Origin: a virus
Lineage: Duplodnaviria; Caudoviricetes
Direction: 5' to 3' (one strand)
Length of the DNA stretch: 45,778 nucleotides
Virus record (IMG/VR): IMGVR_UViG_3300037422_000629
Coordinates: 1-45,778 of that record
Of the stretch, positions 28,275-36,135 are shown in pieces (the first letter of the stretch is position 1; each line of letters begins with the position of its first letter). Position numbers and translations under genes: made by a program. The notes under the pieces are model-generated. The model did not search any database and was not told the origin of the DNA. It saw only the letters and a program-made list of their open reading frames with translations.

Positions 28275-28699
28275 TTATCTTTCGCTCCTCTGCGTTTTTC
28301 CTGCTCTTGCAGCCGCCCTTTTAGCATACTCTCCGCGATGGTCTGCATGTCGCGCATGAAGGCTTCGCGCAATTCTTCGTCTTGCAGGTCGTCAAGACCG
28401 GCGGCCATGACCTTCTCCGCCAACTGGTTGGCCAGCGTTCGCACTTGCTCCGCCGTGATGGGCGGAGCGTAGCCGGCGGCCAGCCGCGCTTCAGCCAAAG
28501 GCACGCCGAGAGCGCGGGCGATGGCGTCAACTTTATCTAACGCCGGTCTTAATTCCGTTCCGGTGATGCTATGCGGTTGATTTCGCTCCAAAGTGGAAAC
28601 ATACGAAATGCTAATGCCCGCCTTTTTGCCTAACTCCTCTTGAGTCCAATCACGAGCTTTGCGCTTCTCCCGAAGCCACACACCGAAACCATTTATCAT
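28271..28699 (-). CDS. XRE-family CI-like repressor
   Basis: FG.WLR..R....WTQEEL...AGIS.SYVS.LER; divergent from a second HTH gene; start at 28699 or 28720. Confidence 0.9.
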   Translation of the reverse strand: MINGFGVWLREKRKARDWTQEELGKKAGISISYVSTLERNQPHSITGTELRPALDKVDAIARALGVPLAEARLAAGYAPPITAEQVRTLANQLAEKVMAAGLDDLQDEELREAFMRDMQTIAESMLKGRLQEQEKRRGAKDK

Positions 28700-28765
28700 T
28701 ACAACTAGATTGTAGCTCATATAATTACAATGTGGTTGCTATTTTCATTACAACTAAGGTATAGT
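28700..28765. promoter_or_regulatory. cI/cro divergent promoters with three TACAA-N5-TTGTA-like operators
   Basis: TACAACTAGATTGTA at 28700, TACAATGTGGTTGCT at 28726, TACAACTAAGGTATA at 28749; rightward TTGCTA-N18-TATAGT. Confidence 0.8.
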
Positions 28766-28771
28766 GTGCTC

Positions 28772-29008
28772 ATGGACGCTATAGTCACATTTAGTGGGCG
28801 CAAGTTGAAGGAGTTGAGAAAGGCGCGAGGTTTAACGCAAACTCAACTAGGTCAAGTCGTTGACCGTAGCACCTCGGACATCTCTAACTACGAAAACGGT
28901 TTCGCCAATCCACCTTCCGATGTATTGTTGACGCTCTTAAACTTTTTCGGTATTGGGCCGCTTGGCTTAGGAAATACCGAAAAAGTAGAAAATTTACAAC
29001 TACATTGA
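28772..29008 (+). CDS. Cro-like XRE HTH protein
   Basis: LKELRKARGLTQ.QL...V..S.S.ISNYENG...P; ATG 28772 lies 6 nt after the -10 box, so possibly leaderless. Confidence 0.9.
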   Translation: MDAIVTFSGRKLKELRKARGLTQTQLGQVVDRSTSDISNYENGFANPPSDVLLTLLNFFGIGPLGLGNTEKVENLQLH

Positions 29009-29046
29009 AATTCGTGGTTGACAGAATTACAACTTAGTTGTAGAAT
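28995..29046 (+). promoter_or_regulatory. Sigma70 promoter with two operators
   Basis: TTGACA(29018)-N17-TAGAAT(29041); operator TACAACTTAGTTGTA at 29028-29042 in the spacer; TACAACTACATTGAA at 28995. Confidence 0.85.
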
Positions 29047-29093
29047 CCTTCTCGGATAGCAATTTCGCTATCCGAGAAGGAACCTAAAACGAC

Positions 29094-29657
29094 ATGACCA
29101 ACACGAAACAACTTAAAGCCGGCGCGGTGGTTGAATTTATGGCCGAACAACTGCCCGACGTCTTTGAAACCGCGATTGCCGAAATCAACCTCGTCACGAC
29201 CCGCCGCCAGCCGCGCTACACGACGGACTACTGGGGCCGCACGGTGGTTGAAGGCTACGACGAAGCGCCGGCTTACGAGATGGTGGGTTGGCGCGGGACT
29301 TACTACGCCGAAGCCATTATGCGCGTCGTCAAGAGCGCGCCCCAAACGCGCCCGACGACACAGGCCGAACGCGACGCTACGATTTGGAATCGCGCCGCCG
29401 GTCACGGCGCGCCAAGCCCCGACGCTCTCCGCGCGGCGCGCAGCCGCAACCTCAAGCCGGTCCTGGTTGAAGGCGGAACGTGGCGCGTGCAATCCCAACA
29501 CAGCGGCGTCTGGTACACGGTGCGCGTCGAATCGGACGCCGCGACAAGCTGCAACTGCGCCGACGCCCACGCGGGCCATGTTTGCAAGCACCAATACGCG
29601 GTCTTGCGCGAGTGCCGGCCAGTGGCGCAAACAACTGGCGACGCGACGCCGCTATGA
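29094..29657 (+). CDS. SWIM zinc finger protein
   Basis: W.V.S......Y.V......SCNC.D......CKH..AV; RBS AAGGA. Confidence 0.8.
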   Translation: MTNTKQLKAGAVVEFMAEQLPDVFETAIAEINLVTTRRQPRYTTDYWGRTVVEGYDEAPAYEMVGWRGTYYAEAIMRVVKSAPQTRPTTQAERDATIWNRAAGHGAPSPDALRAARSRNLKPVLVEGGTWRVQSQHSGVWYTVRVESDAATSCNCADAHAGHVCKHQYAVLRECRPVAQTTGDATPL

Positions 29658-29968
29658 CCGGCGTTTCAGACCGGCCAAGAGGAGAGCAAGTTGAAACCCG
29701 GATTCGCCCGCGTGGGGTGAGGACGCGCGGGCGCGAGAAAACGAACCGCGCGGGGTTGCTTGAGCGAGTTTCCCCCGCGTGGTTCGGCGGGACGCGGCGG
29801 TGGGGAGTCTCCAGTTGCCTCTGGGAACCGCCGCCGCATCTCGCGCAACCTCTTGACATCCGTGTTAGCGGAGGCGTGCGGACGCCGTTCCGAGCCGCTA
29901 ACCCACAGTAGCCCGCTTGCCTACTGTGCAGTGATAAGCGGGGACGTGGCCGGAGAGACGGCCCTTGA

Positions 29969-30039
29969 CGCGGAGAAAGCGACGGTAGCTGCGAAGACTC
30001 ATCACCTTTGACTTTTCGGTTCGACTCCGAACTCCGCCA
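29969..30039 (+). tRNA. Degenerate tRNA with CAT anticodon (Met/Ile2-like)
   Basis: Acceptor CGCGGAG/CTCCGCC with a 1:72 mismatch, D arm AGC-GACGGTA-GCT, anticodon loop CTCATCA, T arm TTCGG-TTCGACT-CCGAA; CCA not encoded after the discriminator. Confidence 0.65.
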
Positions 30040-30485
30040 TTGAAGCGGCGCAGTCATACGCCGGACTGAGCGAATCGGCATGGGCGTTGGTATCAAGTTG
30101 TCAACCCAAGAGCCGCTTCATCCTTTTGCCATGTTCTTACACCAGATAGGAAGATTTGCGCCGTTTCCGGCGCCGCCCCCGCGCACCGGCGTCATCGTCG
30201 GTCTCTTGGAGGCGTTGGCGGCAGCGACAACCCCCGCTCCGGGCTGGCTGGCCGGACGGCGCGTCACGCTATGGGCTACTGTGCTGGCCGGTGCGGCCCT
30301 TCGGCCTCCATCTGGAGTATTTTATCGTTGAATTCGTGCGGCAGGGGCCGACGGTGCGCGTCGCCCACTTGGAAGAAGTCGCCGCCGGCATCGGCCAACG
30401 CCTCGACGCGGCGCACCGCCGCTACCTGAACTAAAGCGTTATGCCAAGCGCCGCTCATCGCGCTGGTTAGAACGGGAGAAGCGAA

Positions 30486-30743
30486 ATGCAAAAAGCTATT
30501 GACTGGCCGGAAATCATTGCCGACCCAAACCAAGAGGAGCGCACGGCGGCGGCGGTCATCGCCGCGCCGCGCCACGAATCCAACTGGCGACTGCTATACC
30601 GCTTGCCGCTGCTCGCTCTTTTCATTTTGCCGCTATTCTTTTTGGTTCTGTCGGCGGCCTTGGTGGACGCTTTGATGACGCGGCCCGATTGCGAATGCGA
30701 AAGATGCGCCAAACGGCGCGCGAAACAGGAGCGCCGCGACTGA
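30486..30743 (+). CDS. Small membrane protein with C-terminal CxCxxC
   Basis: RBS GGAG, one long hydrophobic stretch, CECERC. Confidence 0.6.
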   Translation: MQKAIDWPEIIADPNQEERTAAAVIAAPRHESNWRLLYRLPLLALFILPLFFLVLSAALVDALMTRPDCECERCAKRRAKQERRD

Positions 30744-30746
30744 GAT

Positions 30747-31043
30747 ATGCCCACCACCGTGACATTCAAGACGCTGGGCGGCAAGACGGTAACGGTCACC
30801 GTGCCGTCACGCTCCCCCGGAAGGCGCGCCCCGCAGACAGCGAACGGCTACGCGGCGAAGCCCGGCACGGGACCGGCGGGCGAAAACTGTAAGAGCTGCG
30901 TTCACGCTGTCAAGCGCTGGTACTGGTGGAAGTGCGCTTTGCTCAAAGCGCCCTGGCCCCACAGTTGCCGCACGGACATCCGCTTAAAATCGCCGGCCTG
31001 CCGGCATTGGCAGGCGAGCGGCGCGGAGGAGTTGAAGGTTTGA
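30747..31043 (+). CDS. Small Cys-rich hypothetical phage protein
   Basis: GY.A.PGTGP.GE.C..C.H...KC.L......TDIR...PAC..W. Confidence 0.7.
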   Translation: MPTTVTFKTLGGKTVTVTVPSRSPGRRAPQTANGYAAKPGTGPAGENCKSCVHAVKRWYWWKCALLKAPWPHSCRTDIRLKSPACRHWQASGAEELKV

Positions 31044-31163
31044 CAATTCAGTTTCGGCCCTGCCGCTCAAGTCAGGGCCGGCGGCAACCGGTATGGTGCG
31101 GCGCGAGATGCGCCGACGGCCCCTTCTTTCGTGTCGGGCTTAGGAAACACCGGTTGCCCTTTT

Positions 31164-31258
31164 GCGCTGCGCGGGCCTCCTGGCGGGAGGCTGGTCTCGC
31201 CGGCTGGTAGGCGGGATGACTTAGGATGGCACCCGGGTTCGATTCCCGGCGCGGCGCG
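31164..31258 (+). ncRNA. Non-canonical tRNA-like RNA (95 nt)
   Basis: 8-bp acceptor GCGCTGCG/CGCGGCGC, 7-bp D-like stem, 8-bp anticodon-like stem, canonical T arm CCGGG-TTCGATT-CCCGG. Confidence 0.6.
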
Positions 31259-31333
31259 TGTTTGGCTAAAAGGTCAAAGGTCAGAGGTCAAACCTTGAAC
31301 CCGTAACCTTCGACCTTGAACGATAAGGACTAA

Positions 31334-31627
31334 ATGAGCCTTTTCTTCTTTATTTTAGCGCCGCCGGATGAACGGCCCGACGACCGCGTGAACGCCGCCT
31401 GGGTGGCGCGGCGGTTCGGCTGCTCAACGCGCTCGGTGCAGGACGGCAAGTGCGGCACGGACCAATTGCGCCGCGTCAGCGACCGGCCCTTATTGTTCGT
31501 CCGCGCCGAGGTCGAGGAGCATTTACGCCGCCTCAACAGAGCGCCCGAACGCCGCCCGCCGCAGGCCCGGCGCACGCTGGTGCGCCGCCGCCGGGAATCA
31601 CAGAGAGTGGAGGAAACCAAACTATGA
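31334..31627 (+). CDS. Putative excisionase-like winged-HTH protein
   Basis: V.AA.VA..FG.S.RSV......L.....LF.RAEVE..L; RBS AAGGA. Confidence 0.55.
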   Translation: MSLFFFILAPPDERPDDRVNAAWVARRFGCSTRSVQDGKCGTDQLRRVSDRPLLFVRAEVEEHLRRLNRAPERRPPQARRTLVRRRRESQRVEETKL

Positions 31628-31902
31628 AACGCGAAACCGATGATTGGCCGGAGGTCGTCCCGGAGGAAGAGGCCGCCAGCCAGCGCGGCGGCTTACCCAC
31701 GAAAGAACAATTGCAGTTTATCCGTCGCTGCTGCCAGGAGATTCTGGCTTTGCTCGATAAATCACCGTTGTCGGCGGAGGAGGCGGCGGAGGTTGACGCG
31801 GCCACCGTGCGCGAAGGCTTCCATGAAAAGCATTGGCAGCGGACGCAAGAAGCCCGCGCGCTGGCCGGATTGTCAAAGAGCGACGCCGCCGCCGAACAGT
31901 AG
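31624..31902 (+). CDS. Hypothetical protein
   Basis: RBS GGAGG; ATGA overlap with the upstream gene. Confidence 0.6.
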   Translation: MKRETDDWPEVVPEEEAASQRGGLPTKEQLQFIRRCCQEILALLDKSPLSAEEAAEVDAATVREGFHEKHWQRTQEARALAGLSKSDAAAEQ

Positions 31903-31954
31903 AGCAGAGGGCCGCCCCGCGCGGCTAGGTTCAATTTTCCCTGACTTGCCCTTT

Positions 31955-32464
31955 ATGCCGATTATCCAGACGCACGAGATTATCGCCGAAGCCCTGACGC
32001 CGCGCGTGACGCACACTATCGCCCACGCCTTCGGCGTCCACGAACAGACGGCGAGGGCGTGGGGCCGCGCGCCGGAAACGGACGACACGCCCACTGGCAC
32101 AGGCAAGTCGAACCCGCTCGACCGGGCGGCGCGGCTCATCCGGCTGCTGCACCGCTACGCTCCCGGTGCGGCCCGCCTGGCGGCGCAGTATTTTCAGGAA
32201 CTGACGGACGAACTGGACGAAGCCGCCGGCGAAGGGGCGTCCCCGGCCTCGCCGTTGCGCCCCTGGCGCGAGGCGTTGAGCCAAGTCGTGCGCGAGGTAT
32301 CGGACGTGGAGTTGGGCGTCCTGCAACGCCCGGACACCAGAGCCGAATTGAAGGAGTTAGACCGGGAAATCGCTGAGGCGATATGCGCGTTGGCCGCGCT
32401 GCAAGGCGACGTGCGACGGCATCTGGAACGTCGGGGCCAGGGCTTGGGGATAGAGGAGGAGTAA
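31955..32464 (+). CDS. CII-like phage regulatory protein
   Basis: N-terminal HTH, W.R.P......TG..NPLDR, C-terminal helical bundle with ...V.E.SDV...EI.EAI. Confidence 0.55.
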   Translation: MPIIQTHEIIAEALTPRVTHTIAHAFGVHEQTARAWGRAPETDDTPTGTGKSNPLDRAARLIRLLHRYAPGAARLAAQYFQELTDELDEAAGEGASPASPLRPWREALSQVVREVSDVELGVLQRPDTRAELKELDREIAEAICALAALQGDVRRHLERRGQGLGIEEE

Positions 32465-32471
32465 ATTCGCC

Positions 32472-32609
32472 ATGGCGCACACAGGAGAAAGACGAGAAAA
32501 AGGGAAAACCGAGACCGGCTACCAGCCGTCGCCCGACGCGGAGATGAGGGAAGCCCGCCTGGATGAGTTTTTAGCAACCCTGGCAAGTAGCAATAAAGTG
32601 GCGGATTGA
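32472..32609 (+). CDS. Small hypothetical protein (45 aa)
   Basis: RBS GAGGAG upstream; MAHTGERREKGK...LDEFLATLASSNKVAD. Confidence 0.45.
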   Translation: MAHTGERREKGKTETGYQPSPDAEMREARLDEFLATLASSNKVAD

Positions 32610-32702
32610 AAGAGAAAAGGTTCGGGCGCGGCCACTTGAGAAGACGCGCCCGAACCCGGAGAAAAAGAGGAAAGACCCTCAATTAACGGGAGAATACAAC
32701 CA

Positions 32703-33749
32703 ATGACGAAAGCAACACAAGCCTTAGCCGTGCGCGAGCCGGCCCCGCCGCCGGCGGATTACCAGCAAGAGGAGATTCAACTCATCAAGGATACGGTCGC
32801 CAAAGGGGTGTCCGACAGCGAATTGCGGCTGTTTCTGCACCTCGTCAACCGCACCGGCCTGGACCCCCTCGCGCGCCAGATTCACGCCGTCAAACGTTTC
32901 GACGGGCGGTTGGGGCGCGAAGTGATGACGGTGCAGACCGGCATTGACGGCTACCGGCTCATCGCCGACCGGACGGGCGAGTACCTGCCCGGACGCGACA
33001 CGGAACTCACGTTCGACGAAGGCGGCCAACTGGTCTCGGCCACCGCCTTCGTCAGACGCTTCCGGCACGGCGAGTGGCACGAAATCGCGGCCACCGCCCA
33101 TTGGGCCGAATTCGCTCAAACGAACAAAAACGGCCAACCGGCGGCGATGTGGGCGCGGATGCCCCGCCTGATGCTCGGTAAATGCGCTGAAGCGTTGGCT
33201 TTACGCAAGGCGTTTCCGGCTGAGTTGTCGGGCCTCTACACGCGCGAGGAGATGTCACAGGGCGAGACCCAGGCCCCTTCGGAATTCCGCCAGGCGGTAG
33301 AGCGCGCCCAGCCGCCCGCCGCCGGCGCGACCAACAGCCGCGTCGGCGTGGTCCTCAAACTGTGCCGGCAACTGGACGAGTTGGGCGAAATGCTGGACAT
33401 CAAAAACCGGCAGGGTGAAGGGCAACAATTGCCCTTCACCGGCGAGACTCTCGAAACCATGCTGCGCGCCAAACGCAAGGGGTTGAAAAACCTCGCCGAC
33501 GCCACCGACGAGGAATTGGCGAAGGCGGAACAATTCTTGCGCGACAAATTGGCCGCCGCCGGGGAGCGGCACGAGCGCGCCGTAGCTCTGGCCGCGCTCG
33601 ACGCCGCGCTGACCGAAGCCGAAATGACGCTCGACGATTGGTGGGCGCAGGAAGCCGCCAACTACGACGGGCGCGCGTTGGCCGACCTGACCGCCGAAGA
33701 ACTTGAGGCCGCCGCCACCGCCTTTGGCGCGCCGGAAGGAGAAATTTAA
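32703..33749 (+). CDS. bet: Bet/RecT single-strand annealing protein
   Basis: EL.LFL....RTGLDPL.RQI.AVKR, QTGIDGYR.IA.RTG.Y, W..MP..ML.KCAEA.ALRKAFP..LSGLY..EEM. Confidence 0.93.
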   Translation: MTKATQALAVREPAPPPADYQQEEIQLIKDTVAKGVSDSELRLFLHLVNRTGLDPLARQIHAVKRFDGRLGREVMTVQTGIDGYRLIADRTGEYLPGRDTELTFDEGGQLVSATAFVRRFRHGEWHEIAATAHWAEFAQTNKNGQPAAMWARMPRLMLGKCAEALALRKAFPAELSGLYTREEMSQGETQAPSEFRQAVERAQPPAAGATNSRVGVVLKLCRQLDELGEMLDIKNRQGEGQQLPFTGETLETMLRAKRKGLKNLADATDEELAKAEQFLRDKLAAAGERHERAVALAALDAALTEAEMTLDDWWAQEAANYDGRALADLTAEELEAAATAFGAPEGEI

Positions 33750-33751
33750 TC

Positions 33752-33976
33752 ATGTACGAACCAAACTCCATCACCGTCGGCGAATACTACGCCACGCTCA
33801 ACGCCCTGAACGGCACACTGTTGAAAACGTCGTCGCGCTTGTTGTCGGTGTGCGACATAGCAAAGTGGGTTCAAGGCGACAACCGCAAAATGGGCAAGGC
33901 TGCTCAATCCACACCTGCTGCCAAACACAGCGACGGCGCGCCGCCCAACGAAGAGGGAAAGGCCAACCGATTTTAG
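33752..33976 (+). CDS. Hypothetical protein
   Basis: RBS AAGGAG; 2 nt after the bet stop. Confidence 0.45.
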   Translation: MYEPNSITVGEYYATLNALNGTLLKTSSRLLSVCDIAKWVQGDNRKMGKAAQSTPAAKHSDGAPPNEEGKANRF

Positions 33977-34090
33977 CACGGCATCAGGCCGAAAAGGGCT
34001 GGTGTCAATTTTGCGACCCGATTTTCGGGAATGGCGGTTGGAGATTGTAAACGCTCCAACCTAAACACTTAACCTAGATGGAGAACAACT

Positions 34091-34363
34091 ATGACAACCA
34101 CAGAATTTATCGCCCGTGTCGCCGAAGACACGGGACTTTCCGCGGCGCGCACCAAGCACGCCCTCAAGACGCTCGCCGACGTGCTGGTCGAACAATTGGC
34201 CGACGGCGAGAAGATTAGACTACCGGGCCTCGGTACGTTCAGTTTACGCTATGTCGCGGCGTGCCAGTGGCGCAACCCGCGCACCGGCGAAACCATCGCC
34301 ATTGCAGCGCACCGCGCCGTCTCGTTCAGGCCCGCCGGCGCGCTTAAAGAGGCCGTGCGATGA
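34091..34363 (+). CDS. hup: HU family DNA-binding protein
   Basis: L..GE.I.L.GLGTF......RNPRTGETI.I.A...V.F.P...LKEAV. Confidence 0.93.
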   Translation: MTTTEFIARVAEDTGLSAARTKHALKTLADVLVEQLADGEKIRLPGLGTFSLRYVAACQWRNPRTGETIAIAAHRAVSFRPAGALKEAVR

Positions 34364-34445
34364 CCGGCTGAAACTTTTTTTATACGCTCCACTGCCGCGC
34401 GGGACAATCGTGTCGCCGCGTGAACTGGATGACGGCGAGGGAATC

Positions 34446-34510
34446 GGCAAGCGTTGAGTGTTAAGCAAGCGCTTGCTTAACACTCAACGCTTGCCCAAAC
34501 CTTTTTTTTT
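34446..34510. repeat. Perfect spacerless 50-bp palindrome followed by a T9 tract
   Basis: GGCAAGCGTTGAGTGTTAAGCAAGC|GCTTGCTTAACACTCAACGCTTGCC at 34446-34495; T run at 34502-34510. Confidence 0.95.
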
Positions 34511-34577
34511 AACGCGCGCCGCTCCGCCAGTGACCGCCGCGCACAGGTTGTGAACATTTTGTAGCCGCGCCTTAACT

Positions 34578-35360
34578 ATGAGCATTTCATTGATGACCAT
34601 GGTTTGGAACGACGCGCCCTTCGAGAAAGGGGCGTTGCTGCTCTTGCTGGCCCTCGCGGATTGGGCCGACGATAACGGTGACGGCTGGTATTTTATTTCG
34701 ACTTTGGCCGCCAAAGCCCGCCAGTCCGAACGCACCACTCAATTGCTCCTGGCTAAATTTGAGACGTTGGGGATTGTCGTCTGCAAACGCGGCCAGGGGC
34801 GCGGCAAAGAGACCCGTTTTCACCTCAATATAGCCGCTTTAGGCGTGCCAAAGGGTGAAAAAATTTCACCTAAAAGGGTGAAAAAAATTCACCCAAAACC
34901 GGGAAAAGGGGTGAAATTTGACGCACAAAAGGGTGAAATTTGCGCCACTCCCCCCAGACCCCCCTATAAGGATGAAACTAAGGAAAACAGTCCAAGCCAG
35001 CCAGCCAGCAGCGCGCGCGCGGGCGACGCGGGCGACGGTTATGTGTTGAATTTTTTCTCCAAATGGTCACGCCGTCCGCAGGACTTCCCCGACGAGAGCT
35101 GGCGCGAAGCCATGCGCTGGCATCCTGAGTGGCAGGGAGTTGACCATGCCGAACTGGCCTGGGAATTCGTCACGAAAGCCAAATCGCAGACCTGCCGCAC
35201 TTACGTCAAATTTCTCGAAACCGCCAAGCGCACGGCTGAGGCGCGTGGAGAAAATTATGCCACTAACACTCGTCCAACCAAGCCCGGAAGCGGAAGCGAC
35301 GGACAACCCGTTAGCAGCAAAATCCAGTTCGTTACCGGGAAAACTATCGGCAATTTGTGA
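34578..35360 (+). CDS. Replication initiator (N-terminal winged HTH)
   Basis: MSI.LM..VW......LLLLALADWADD.G..W..I.TLA.K...SERT; contains iterons; precedes the loader gene. Confidence 0.88.
   Translation: MSISLMTMVWNDAPFEKGALLLLLALADWADDNGDGWYFISTLAAKARQSERTTQLLLAKFETLGIVVCKRGQGRGKETRFHLNIAALGVPKGEKISPKRVKKIHPKPGKGVKFDAQKGEICATPPRPPYKDETKENSPSQPASSARAGDAGDGYVLNFFSKWSRRPQDFPDESWREAMRWHPEWQGVDHAELAWEFVTKAKSQTCRTYVKFLETAKRTAEARGENYATNTRPTKPGSGSDGQPVSSKIQFVTGKTIGNL
34850..34942 (+). repeat. Replication origin iterons
   Basis: Four AAAGGG(G)TGAAA copies, two followed by inverted TTCACC halves, inside the initiator gene. Confidence 0.8.
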
Positions 35361-36135
35361 AAGCCCGACGCTACGCCAGGTGCGGAAACTAATAAAACAG
35401 GCACAGGACTCCGCGCCGGCTTCGATTGCCGCTTGCGAGCCGTGCGGCGACACCGGCTGGCGGTTCATTGAGCGCGACGGGCGACGCGGCAATGTCGAAT
35501 GCGATTGCCGCCGGGAGCGCCGCATCAAGGCGGCGCTGGCGCGGGTCGAACGCCGGTTTTGGGTGAACGGCCAACCGCCGCGCCTGGCGGCGTTGCAACC
35601 CCGCGCCGATTTGGTGAGCGATAAATCCCGCGCCGCGTTTATTGCCGAACGGCAAGCCGCCGCTATCGGCCAAATGCGCCGCGAACCGCTGGCAAGTTAC
35701 TTTTTCGCCGGGCCGCGTGACGCTGGCAAGACGCACCTGGCGTATGCGCTCTACGTTCACGCAGTAGAAAACACGAATCGCCGCGTGTGGGCCGGAACGG
35801 TAGCCGACTTGCTGAACCAATACCAAAAAATGCAAGGCAGCGAACCGGGCGCCGACGGCAAGCCTTTCGTGGCGGAGGTGTTGCCCGAAAATCTACGCGG
35901 TTACGAGTGGACAATTTTGCTTGATGAAGTGGCCTACGTTCGCCCGACGGCATTCCGGCACGAGAAGTTTTTTGACCTCATAGACGCCATTTGGAAGAAC
36001 AGCCATCAGTTACTTTGCACGTCGAATCTCACGCTTGACGCATTAAGCGCAAAGTGGGATGCGATTTCCGGCGGGAACGGCGAAGCGATTATCAAGCGCT
36101 TGACCGCCGACGCTTACCGGGTGGGATTTTTTTAG
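35257..36135 (+). CDS. DnaC/IstB-like helicase loader ATPase
   Basis: C..CGDTGW...CDC Zn motif, GPRDAGKTHLA Walker A, ILLDE Walker B, TSNL; exact start uncertain. Confidence 0.88.
   Translation: MPLTLVQPSPEAEATDNPLAAKSSSLPGKLSAICESPTLRQVRKLIKQAQDSAPASIAACEPCGDTGWRFIERDGRRGNVECDCRRERRIKAALARVERRFWVNGQPPRLAALQPRADLVSDKSRAAFIAERQAAAIGQMRREPLASYFFAGPRDAGKTHLAYALYVHAVENTNRRVWAGTVADLLNQYQKMQGSEPGADGKPFVAEVLPENLRGYEWTILLDEVAYVRPTAFRHEKFFDLIDAIWKNSHQLLCTSNLTLDALSAKWDAISGGNGEAIIKRLTADAYRVGFF

Noticed and set aside
29900-30085. Hammerhead or HDV-like (theta) ribozyme beside the tRNA
   Set aside because: Pseudoknot-like pairings exist, but no CUGANGA/GAAA core or nested double-pseudoknot topology could be fitted by eye
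30080-30434. A single gene between the tRNA and 30486
   Set aside because: Two overlapping frames each look partly protein-like; could be another frameshifted gene but there is no motif to support a call
34446-34495. N15-like telomere resolution system
   Set aside because: No protelomerase recognised; the only tyrosine recombinase is a typical integrase with attP-like arms
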